This document shows, piece after piece, positions 56,699-64,000 of a stretch of 64,000 nt of DNA. Source of the DNA: Candidatus Desulfobia pelagia. Lineage in GTDB: Bacteria; Desulfobacterota; Desulfobulbia; Desulfobulbales; SURF-16. The first letter of the stretch is position 1. Every line of letters begins with the position of its first letter. The position numbers and the translations under genes are program-made. Location: contig JACNJZ010000045.1 in assembly GCA_014382295.1 (NCBI GenBank), positions 6,017 to 70,016 on the forward strand, given 5' to 3'. Under the pieces are notes generated by a model. The model saw nothing but the letters and a program-made list of their open reading frames with translations, searched no databases and was not told where the DNA came from.

Positions 56699-59170
56699 AT
56701 GTTTGATTTTTTAAAAAATGTGACTTACCAGATTATTTCACCAATAGCCTCAGCACGATCTAGATATGAGACCTTCAAGGACCTGTTAAAAAACGACCAG
56801 AAAGCACATGAGCTGCTGGCCACCCTGGAGGAGGTCTATTACCAGAACAAAAAAGTCGATATCAATTATGCTACCAGGTTATACAGTCAACTATCTCAGG
56901 CTGTTTCAACAATGGTGGCATGCCTGGGGAAAATGTCTCCAGGCGAGAGCACCAATCTCCGCGCCTATTATCGAAAAATAGACTTCTTCTGCAGATTTGC
57001 ACTTGCTCCCCCGGAGATTGACACATCCCCTCCTTTTATTCTGCCGATCACTAAAATTTATCCAGATGACAGCCTGACCGGCGGTAAGGGTTTTAATTTC
57101 TGCATTCTGAAAAACACCCTCGGACTTCCCGGGCCTCATGGTTTTATTATTTCCACCTCTGCTTATAACTATTTTATTAAGGAAAGTGGGCTCCGACATA
57201 CAATAGATGAAATCCTGGCCGAGATTGACATCCATTCTACAGAATCCCTCCATAACAGCTCAAAGCAGATTATAGATCTTATCGGCAACACAGCACTGCC
57301 CGACTCGCTCAAAAAAGAGTTGAATCAGGCCTTCAAGGAATTACGGAACCAATGCAGCACGGATATCACCTTGGCAGTGCGAAGCAGTGCTGTGGGCGAA
57401 GATTCCAAAATCTCCTTTGCCGGCCAATATCTTTCAATTCTTGATGCAGATGGCGGCAACCTGCTGGAATCCTACAAACAGGTGACGGCCAGTAAATTTT
57501 CTCCCCGGGCTCTCTACTACAGAATAAGCAATGGACTCCATGATTATTCAACAGCCATGGCCGTCCTTGTTTTGGAGATGGTTGACGCCAGTGTAAGCGG
57601 TGTCATAACTACCAAGGACTCTTTCGATAAAGGCGATGACGTTGTCTGTATTCACTCCCTGCAAGGTCGGGGTGAGGATCTGGTCAGCGGCAAAAGATCT
57701 CCTGACACAACAATTATCCAGAAAGAAAAACCATTTAAAATACTACAGCAGATTCCATCACGCCCGGGGGATGCTTTCACCCTGACAGAAGACCAGGCAA
57801 AGCAACTCGCCCAATGGGCCATCCGCATTGAATCGCACTACGGAGTTCCCCAGGAAATTGAATGGTGCATAGATCAGAATGGCTCTCCTCTCATCCTCCA
57901 GACGCGCTTTTTAAGGGTACAAAAAAAGCCTGAACAGACAGAGATCGACACATCATCATACAGAGAGCTCTTTCGCGGAGGAGAATTAGCAGCCAGAGGA
58001 TCGGCAGCAGGCAAAATATATCTCCTGAATGACTTTAACCGCCTATCAGAAGTCCCCAAGGGCGCCATTCTAGTAACACGATCAACCCTACCATCCCTTG
58101 CAACCATTGCCCACAATCTTGCCGGGGTTATCGCCGATGCAGGAAGTGCTGCAGATCATTTTGCTTCAGTGGCAAGGGAGTTCAACATCCCAACCCTGGT
58201 GAAAACCAATATCGGCACAGAACTCTTCACCTCCGGACAGCAGGTCACTCTTTGGACGGATCAGACCACTGTCTTTGATGGTGTAGTGGAAACCCTTATT
58301 ACACAATATTCTGAAGATGAAAAAGAAAAGGAAACACCGTTTCTGAAATCAATGAGTATCGTCATCTCATTAATCTCGCCGCTCAGAATGGTGAACCCTG
58401 CTGACCCATCCTTTGTCCCGGAAAGCTGCCGTTCTCTCCATGACATCATACGCTTCGTCCATGAAAAGGGTATGATGTCAATGTTTGGGCTGGCTCTCCA
58501 TAAACCTCTCCGAAAAGGAGGCTCAAAACTTCTCGAATCCAACATCCCTCTGCAGTTATATCTTCTGAATGTCGGGGGTGGTCTCTCTCCAGAATCAGAC
58601 TCTCAGAAAACTATAGCTATAGAAGATGTCCTCTGCCGCCCCCTGCTTGCCCTCTGGAAAGGCTTGGCGCATACCGGAGTCACATGGCAGGACAGATCCC
58701 ATTTTGACTGGGGTGCCTATGATGACCTTGTCATGGCCGGTGGTGTGGTTAACGCTAAATCAATTGCTTTTGCCAGCTATGCAGTTATTTCTCAGGATTA
58801 CTTGAATCTTAACATGCGATTTGGTTATCATTTTGCCATCCTTGACGCACTCTGCAGCCCGGATAACGGTGAAGGCTACATAACTCTCCGCTTTGCCGGC
58901 GGCGGGGGTGACATAGAAGGAAAACTTCTGAGACTGGCCATGATCAGTGAAATCTTGAGCCGCCTCAATTTTACCGTTACCCGGAAAAGTGACCTGCTGG
59001 ATGCCCGTTTCTCCGATCGGAATACAGATAAGATACTTGAAACGCTTGATATGCTCGGACGCCTGCTGGGGGCAACCAGAATCATGGATATGATTCTTAC
59101 CAATGAAGAGATGGCGGCAGGGGCGGTCGAAGAATTTATGAATGGCAAATATACTTTTTCCAAGGAGTAA
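56699..59170 (+). CDS. PEP-utilising-enzyme family protein: PPDK_N/PpsA-type ATP-grasp + swivel phospho-His domain + ~300-aa C-terminal domain of unknown function
   Basis: 823 aa. GGKGFNFCILKN, AVRSSAVGEDSKISFAGQ, then the mobile-domain pattern ILVTRSTLPSLATIAHNLAGVIADAGSAADHFASVAREFNIPTLV with the His retained. The C-terminus does not look like the PEP/pyruvate TIM barrel. Confidence 0.75.
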   Translation: MFDFLKNVTYQIISPIASARSRYETFKDLLKNDQKAHELLATLEEVYYQNKKVDINYATRLYSQLSQAVSTMVACLGKMSPGESTNLRAYYRKIDFFCRFALAPPEIDTSPPFILPITKIYPDDSLTGGKGFNFCILKNTLGLPGPHGFIISTSAYNYFIKESGLRHTIDEILAEIDIHSTESLHNSSKQIIDLIGNTALPDSLKKELNQAFKELRNQCSTDITLAVRSSAVGEDSKISFAGQYLSILDADGGNLLESYKQVTASKFSPRALYYRISNGLHDYSTAMAVLVLEMVDASVSGVITTKDSFDKGDDVVCIHSLQGRGEDLVSGKRSPDTTIIQKEKPFKILQQIPSRPGDAFTLTEDQAKQLAQWAIRIESHYGVPQEIEWCIDQNGSPLILQTRFLRVQKKPEQTEIDTSSYRELFRGGELAARGSAAGKIYLLNDFNRLSEVPKGAILVTRSTLPSLATIAHNLAGVIADAGSAADHFASVAREFNIPTLVKTNIGTELFTSGQQVTLWTDQTTVFDGVVETLITQYSEDEKEKETPFLKSMSIVISLISPLRMVNPADPSFVPESCRSLHDIIRFVHEKGMMSMFGLALHKPLRKGGSKLLESNIPLQLYLLNVGGGLSPESDSQKTIAIEDVLCRPLLALWKGLAHTGVTWQDRSHFDWGAYDDLVMAGGVVNAKSIAFASYAVISQDYLNLNMRFGYHFAILDALCSPDNGEGYITLRFAGGGGDIEGKLLRLAMISEILSRLNFTVTRKSDLLDARFSDRNTDKILETLDMLGRLLGATRIMDMILTNEEMAAGAVEEFMNGKYTFSKE

Positions 59171-59176
59171 TATATT

Positions 59177-60238
59177 TTGTCTGAATACGAATTAACCTGG
59201 GTCACAGAAAGTCTTGCGGTCGGCCATGCGCCTATGTCCTATGCTGAACTTGACGACATTCGTTCCCAGGGAATTGACGCTATTATTAATCTCTGTGGGG
59301 AGTTCTGCGATCTCCATGAGATTGAAGAAAAATCGGGATTCGAGGTCTACTATATCCCTATTCCCGATGAAACTGCCCCGGATATGGCCGAATTGGAAAA
59401 GGGGCTGGATTGGCTTGATGAAGCAATCTATCTGGGGAAAAAAGTACTGGTACATTGCCGGCACGGCATCGGCAGAACAGGAACCCTTGTGACTGGATAC
59501 CTCATTCGCAGGGGGCTGGGACTTAAAATGGCGGAGAAAAAACTCAAAGGAACCAGGTCCCAGGCCAGTAATTATTCACAGTGGCGGCTGCTGAAAAAAT
59601 ACGGCAAAAAATCAGGAAAACTCACCATCAGGGAACCATCGCTGGAAAGCGGTCACTTGATTGACCTGAGCAGTTTTTTCATGGAGTATGAGTCCCTTGT
59701 CAGCGAGGTCGAAAATAAAATAACCGGTCAATCCGAAACAAATCCTCCCCGATGCGGAATCAATGACCCAAAGGGCTGTTACCGATATTTTGAACTGCAG
59801 TTTATCGAGGCTATTTACCTCGGCAACAAGATAAACAAAACACTTACAGCAGAACAACGACAGCAGGCAATTGAGCGGGCTGTTGACGTCTGGAAACAGA
59901 TACGCGCTATAGTTCGCAATGAGTCAGCGGATTCAAAAAAAGATCTGGAAGATCACTACCTGAGAAAGAATATTCTTTGTCCTTTATATGTAGACGGGTG
60001 CCAGATCACAGATTATCGACCACTAAGCTGTCGGTTATACGGTATAGAAAAAGAAGTGATCGACATGAATCTTCTTGAAGAGATGCTCACCAACATCTCC
60101 AGGTCTCTGTTCATGTCTTTATCCGGCTTTTTCCCAGAGAAAAACCTGTTTCTCGTTTCCTGTGCAGACACGGTTTCCGGCAGGTTTGCCCAGATTTATT
60201 TCCATTTTCTTGCATCACTGGAAAATCAGGACAAATAG
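59177..60238 (+). CDS. Fusion of a dual-specificity (Cys-based) phosphatase domain with a YkgJ/CxxCxxCC-like metal-binding domain
   Basis: 353 aa with a TTG start and AGGAG 9 nt upstream. The active-site signature is VLVHCRHGIGRTGT (HCX5R[ST]). The C-terminal half has PRCG...GCYRYF and CPLYVDGCQITDYRPLSCRLYG, typical of the YkgJ zinc/iron-chelating family. Confidence 0.7.
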   Translation: MSEYELTWVTESLAVGHAPMSYAELDDIRSQGIDAIINLCGEFCDLHEIEEKSGFEVYYIPIPDETAPDMAELEKGLDWLDEAIYLGKKVLVHCRHGIGRTGTLVTGYLIRRGLGLKMAEKKLKGTRSQASNYSQWRLLKKYGKKSGKLTIREPSLESGHLIDLSSFFMEYESLVSEVENKITGQSETNPPRCGINDPKGCYRYFELQFIEAIYLGNKINKTLTAEQRQQAIERAVDVWKQIRAIVRNESADSKKDLEDHYLRKNILCPLYVDGCQITDYRPLSCRLYGIEKEVIDMNLLEEMLTNISRSLFMSLSGFFPEKNLFLVSCADTVSGRFAQIYFHFLASLENQDK

Positions 60239-60280
60239 TTTGTTTGAAAACTCTCCCAGATGAGTTAAACCTTGTGAACC

Positions 60281-61717
60281 ATGAGCGCACACACTGATAC
60301 CAAAAACAATCCTCAAACCGTTTTGATTGTTGACGACGAGCCCGATATGCTCACCATGCTCCAGCTCGTATTGAAACGACAATGCGACTGCCAGGTTGTC
60401 CTGGCACAATCAGGGAAAAACGCCCTGCAAAAACTTAAAGAATACAAGCCTGATGTCGTGATAACAGATATCAAGATGCCCGACATGGACGGTCTTGCCC
60501 TGTTAAAAAGAATCAGGGATATCGACGACACAATCTCCATAATTATCATGACAGGCTACGGCACCGTCGAGATGGCTGTTGAGGCGCTGAAAGAAGGAGC
60601 CTATGATTTTCTGGAAAAACCCTTCAACAAAGACCATATTGTTCGCACAATTCATCATTGCCTCGAAAGAACCAAACTCTTAAGAAACTATCAAAGCCTT
60701 CAGGCACAACTGATTGACAGCAATCAGCTCCATGGTTTTATCGGCAATTCTCCCGCCTTGAAAAAAGCCTTGGACCTCATTGCACTGGTGGCAGATACCG
60801 ATGCAACGATTCTTATTCGCGGAAATTCCGGAACAGGAAAAGAAGGGGCGGCAAAAGCACTTCATGCCCTGAGTCATCGTAAACAAAACAGGATGATTAC
60901 TGTAAACTGCCCTACCCTTCCAGAGCAGATTTTAGAGAGCGAGCTTTTCGGATACAGCAAAGGGGCATTTACAGGTGCAACATCCGACAAAAAAGGCCTG
61001 TTTGAAGAAGCAAACCATTCAACAATTCTTCTGGATGAAATCGCTGATATTCCTGTTTCAATACAGACAAAACTGCTTCGAGTCCTCCAGGAAAAAGAAA
61101 TACAGCCGCTGGGCCAGAATAAATCCATCAAGGTTGATGTCCGGGTTGTGGCCTCAACAAACCAGGATCTGGAGGCAAAGATAGAATCCGGAGAATTCAG
61201 GGAAGATCTGTATTACCGACTCAATGTGATAAATATTACCATGCCGTCTTTAAGCGATATGTCCGAGGATATCCCCCTCTTGTCCCACCATTTTCTGGCT
61301 CTTTTCAAAAAAGAATATAATAGGCCTGATATCCAGTTTGCTCCGGATGCCATTGACTATCTTTACCATCGGCATTGGCCTGGAAATGTCCGAGAACTGC
61401 AAAACATCATCAAAAGAGTTGTTATTGTAGCCCGAGAAGAAGTTATTGATGCCGCTGCCCTGAAGAACGCGGAACAGAAGCATTCCGGAAGATTAAACTG
61501 TTCAGAAATGCAGCAGGCCATATTCAGCCTTCCCTATAATGACGCAAAAGCTGAGGCAACCAAACATTTCACGGTTGCCTATATTTCAAATGTACTCAAT
61601 CAGAATAATGGCAATGTGACCTCCGCTGCCCAGAAAAGCGGCATGGATCGTCAGGCATTGCAGCGGATTATGCGCCGGTACAATATGAAGTCTGCCGATT
61701 TTCGCAAAAAAGATTAA
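60281..61717 (+). CDS. Sigma54-dependent response regulator (NtrC family: REC + AAA+ + Fis-type HTH)
   Basis: 478 aa. REC domain (VLIVDDEPD...VVITDIKMPDMDG), Walker A GNSGTGKE, the sigma54-contact loop KGAFTGA, and a C-terminal HTH (GNVTSAAQKSGMDRQALQRIMRRY). Confidence 0.92.
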   Translation: MSAHTDTKNNPQTVLIVDDEPDMLTMLQLVLKRQCDCQVVLAQSGKNALQKLKEYKPDVVITDIKMPDMDGLALLKRIRDIDDTISIIIMTGYGTVEMAVEALKEGAYDFLEKPFNKDHIVRTIHHCLERTKLLRNYQSLQAQLIDSNQLHGFIGNSPALKKALDLIALVADTDATILIRGNSGTGKEGAAKALHALSHRKQNRMITVNCPTLPEQILESELFGYSKGAFTGATSDKKGLFEEANHSTILLDEIADIPVSIQTKLLRVLQEKEIQPLGQNKSIKVDVRVVASTNQDLEAKIESGEFREDLYYRLNVINITMPSLSDMSEDIPLLSHHFLALFKKEYNRPDIQFAPDAIDYLYHRHWPGNVRELQNIIKRVVIVAREEVIDAAALKNAEQKHSGRLNCSEMQQAIFSLPYNDAKAEATKHFTVAYISNVLNQNNGNVTSAAQKSGMDRQALQRIMRRYNMKSADFRKKD

Positions 61718-61718
61718 T

Positions 61719-62801
61719 TTGATGAGCCCTTCTGATTTTTCCAGGAAATTACTGGCCTGGTACGGCAAAAACCGCCGCGACCTTCCCTGGCGAAAGACCA
61801 AGGATCCCTATTCCATCCTTGTTTCCGAAATCATGCTGCAGCAGACTCAGGTGGACAGGGTCAAAGAATATTATCTGCGCTGGATTCACGAATTCCCCGA
61901 CATTTCCTCTCTTGCGTCGGCTGATGAAGAAAAAGTCCTCACCCTGTGGGAAGGCCTCGGTTACTATTCAAGGGCTAGAAATCTTCACAAGACGTCAATC
62001 CAACTCAACAGTACCGGAAAAAATGTACCGGACAGCATTGAAGGACTAACCTCCCTTCCGGGAATCGGCCCATATACTGCCGCCGCTGTAATGAGTATCG
62101 CTTTTAACAGAGATGAGCCCCTGGTTGATGCCAATGTCGAACGGGTATTTTCCAGGTTTTTCGATGTGAATCATCCCGTCAAGTCACGTGAAGCGCAAGA
62201 TATCTTCTGGAAAAAAGCGAAACAGCTCCTGCCTTCAGGGCAGGCGGGAGAATATAATCAGGCGCTCATGGAACTGGGAGCCCTTATCTGCCTTAAAACC
62301 AATCCTCTCTGTGACTCATGCCCTGTCCAGGACGGATGCAAAGCCCTTAATCTGGGCCTGATCGACCAGCGTCCGATTTCCGCACCCTCGAAAAAAACGA
62401 TCCAGATCAACATGGCCTGTGGTGTTCTTAAAAAAAACGGCCTGTTTTTTATTCAGAAAAGACAGGAAAATGATGTATGGGCCGGCCTCTGGGAGTTTCC
62501 CGGTGGGCGCCTGAAAGAAGATGAGAGTCCTGAAAAAGCCGTTGTGCGTGAATTTATGGAAGAAACTGAACTTGCGATACATAATGTCAGGCCCATCGCG
62601 ACAGTCAAACATTCCTACATGAATTATCGAGTAACACTGCACGGTTTCTTTTGTGATCAGTACAAAAAAGATCAGCAGCCGATCCTCCATGCCGCCCAGG
62701 ATTTCCGGTGGGTGAGCGCTGCAGAACTAGAGGAGTTTGCCTTCCCTGCCGGACACCGCAAACTCATTACACTTTTAAAGGAAAATGCTTTTACGAACTA
62801 A
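61719..62801 (+). CDS. mutY: A/G-specific adenine DNA glycosylase MutY (ATG at 61722 probably the true start)
   Basis: 360 aa. LLAWYGKNRRDLPWR, EIMLQQTQV, the FeS loop C.....C..CP....C, and a C-terminal NUDIX-like domain (GLWEFPGG). Confidence 0.92.
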   Translation: MMSPSDFSRKLLAWYGKNRRDLPWRKTKDPYSILVSEIMLQQTQVDRVKEYYLRWIHEFPDISSLASADEEKVLTLWEGLGYYSRARNLHKTSIQLNSTGKNVPDSIEGLTSLPGIGPYTAAAVMSIAFNRDEPLVDANVERVFSRFFDVNHPVKSREAQDIFWKKAKQLLPSGQAGEYNQALMELGALICLKTNPLCDSCPVQDGCKALNLGLIDQRPISAPSKKTIQINMACGVLKKNGLFFIQKRQENDVWAGLWEFPGGRLKEDESPEKAVVREFMEETELAIHNVRPIATVKHSYMNYRVTLHGFFCDQYKKDQQPILHAAQDFRWVSAAELEEFAFPAGHRKLITLLKENAFTN

Positions 62802-62896
62802 GGTTGCAAATAGCCTTGCACTGAACTAAAGTTGATATTTGTAAATAACTATTTCAGGAACGAACAAATACCGTTGTCAAGAAGGAGAAGGATGTC

Positions 62897-63481
62897 ATGA
62901 AACGATTAGCTTTACTCTTGTGTATCATATTTGCTTCCGCAGGATTAAATGGCTGCGGTTATAACCAGATTCAACAAAACGACGAGGCCGTTATTGCCGC
63001 CTGGGGTGACGTTGAAGCGTCCTACCAGCGCCGTGCGGATTTGATTCCAAACCTGGTAGAAGTTGTCAAAGGCTATGCCGCCCACGAAAAAGAAACACTC
63101 ACCGCCATCACCGAAGCCCGTGCCAAAGTCGGCCAAATACGGCTTGGCAGCGATATCATTAACAATCCCCAGGCAATGGAACAATTTCAAGCCGCCCAGG
63201 GAGGGTTGAGTTCAGCCCTTTCCCGTTTGATGGTTGTTGTTGAACGATATCCCGATTTAAAAGCCAATCAGAATTTCCTGGATCTCCAGCACCAGCTGGA
63301 AGGGACTGAAAACCGAATCAATGTGGCCCGAGTCCGTTTTAATGAGACTATCCGTGTGTTTAATACCTCTATCCGGACCTTTCCAAACAATCTGACCAAC
63401 AACCTGTTATTGAAACTTCCAAGAAAGGAACCATTTAAGGCTGAGGCCGGATCGGAAAAAGCACCCGCTGTTTCATTTTAG
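62897..63481 (+). CDS. lemA: LemA-family protein
   Basis: 194 aa. N-terminal lipoprotein-like signal (LNGCGYN) and the LemA pattern ([22 protein letters not shown]...[26 protein letters not shown]...R..FN). Confidence 0.88.
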   Translation: MKRLALLLCIIFASAGLNGCGYNQIQQNDEAVIAAWGDVEASYQRRADLIPNLVEVVKGYAAHEKETLTAITEARAKVGQIRLGSDIINNPQAMEQFQAAQGGLSSALSRLMVVVERYPDLKANQNFLDLQHQLEGTENRINVARVRFNETIRVFNTSIRTFPNNLTNNLLLKLPRKEPFKAEAGSEKAPAVSF

Positions 63482-63496
63482 TTAACCAAGGGAAAA

Positions 63497-64000
63497 GTGA
63501 ATAATTTCAATAGGTTTTCAACACACCTAAATTCTTGCAAAAAGGGGCGGGCACGTCGGCGCAGTGTATTTATTGCCGTCTTTTTCCTCTGCTGCTTTTT
63601 TATCTCTCCAGCCAGTGGTCTGGAGGTTCCTGAGTATCATGGCTATGTAAATGATTATGCCAATATGATCTCACCCGGGATGAAGAGCAAACTTGAACGG
63701 GCCCTGCAATCTTTTGAGCTGTCCGATTCAACCCAGATAGCCATCCTTACCCTTGATTCTCTTGAAGGGGATTCCCTTGAAGATTTTTCCATCCGAACGG
63801 TCGATAAATGGAAAATTGGCCAGAAGAGCAAGGACAACGGTGTTCTTTTGCTTATCTTCAAAAAAGATCGAAAGATGCGCATCGAAGTAGGACGCGGCCT
63901 CGAAAGTGTCTTAACCGATTTGTTGTCCGGCCGGATCATTGATGGCGTTATTTCTCCGGCTTTCAAGGCAGGCAAGTTTGATGAAGGATTCGCCAACGGC
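63497..64000 (+). CDS. TPM-domain (YgcG-like) protein, partial at the right edge
   Basis: Absent from the track (no stop in window). My translation from the GTG at 63497 is MNNFNRF...VFIAVFFLCCFFISPASGLEVPEYHGYVNDYANMISPGMKSKLERALQSFELSDSTQIAILTLDSLEG...GVLLLIFKKDRKMRIEVGRGLE. The lemA-TPM pairing is common. Confidence 0.75.
   Translation, partial: MNNFNRFSTHLNSCKKGRARRRSVFIAVFFLCCFFISPASGLEVPEYHGYVNDYANMISPGMKSKLERALQSFELSDSTQIAILTLDSLEGDSLEDFSIRTVDKWKIGQKSKDNGVLLLIFKKDRKMRIEVGRGLESVLTDLLSGRIIDGVISPAFKAGKFDEGFANG

Noticed and set aside
47090-62801. The mutY fragment and intact mutY as attL/attR of an integrative element
   Set aside because: No integrase or recombinase other than the IS5 transposase lies between them. 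The order (3' fragment first, intact gene second, same orientation) is the opposite of what integration into the 3' part of a gene produces. Identity of only ~75 percent indicates an old event.
1-64000. CRISPR arrays, tRNA, rRNA, tmRNA, prophage modules
   Set aside because: No regularly spaced direct repeats, no tRNA-like T-arm/acceptor patterns in the intergenic regions I read, and no phage structural or integrase genes were seen.

Overview
Hand annotation from the supplied ORF track plus my own reading of both strands. No searches were run. Coordinates I counted myself may be off by 1-2 nt. The window looks like chromosomal DNA of an anaerobic Desulfobacterota/deltaproteobacterium-like organism; this is inferred from gene content only.

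Gene content, left to right:
- Two-subunit pyruvate carboxylase (pycA, with pycB partial at the left edge).
- recC-recB-recD operon.
- TonB-dependent receptor and a REC-PAS-GGDEF-EAL protein.
- A divergent GTP-PEPCK-like gene, a GGDEF remnant and a GalT/HIT-like unknown.
- trpBA, then a glgD-like/glgC pair.
- A DHH phosphoesterase and a TauE/SafE permease.
- A 12-kb complex-I-like operon.
- A sigma54-type-promoter operon: His-rich membrane protein, histidine kinase, TauE fusion, membrane protein, CheY.
- A decayed accessory stretch at about 47-52 kb: mutY 3'-half pseudogene, a GAF-GAF-PAS-DHp protein with no ATPase domain, a REC remnant, and an intact IS5-family element with a TTTA target duplication next to a LysR gene.
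- An HD-GYP sensor.
- A tight cluster of CXXCH mini-protein, PpsA-like dikinase, DSP-phosphatase/YkgJ fusion and an NtrC-type regulator.
- Intact mutY, lemA and a partial TPM gene.

Most interesting observations:
1. The complex-I-like operon has no nuoEFG, carries four antiporter-like subunits plus a small membrane ORF, and has the non-canonical order K-M-(MrpD-like)-small-L-N.
2. A signal-less Psr/Phs-type molybdopterin oxidoreductase and its FeS partner lie directly upstream of nuoA. They are a candidate substitute electron-input module.
3. The dikinase/phosphatase/sigma54-regulator cluster.
4. A structured repeat of about 150 nt with a covarying central stem (two copies, one inside the nuo operon).

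No rRNA, tRNA or CRISPR array was recognised.
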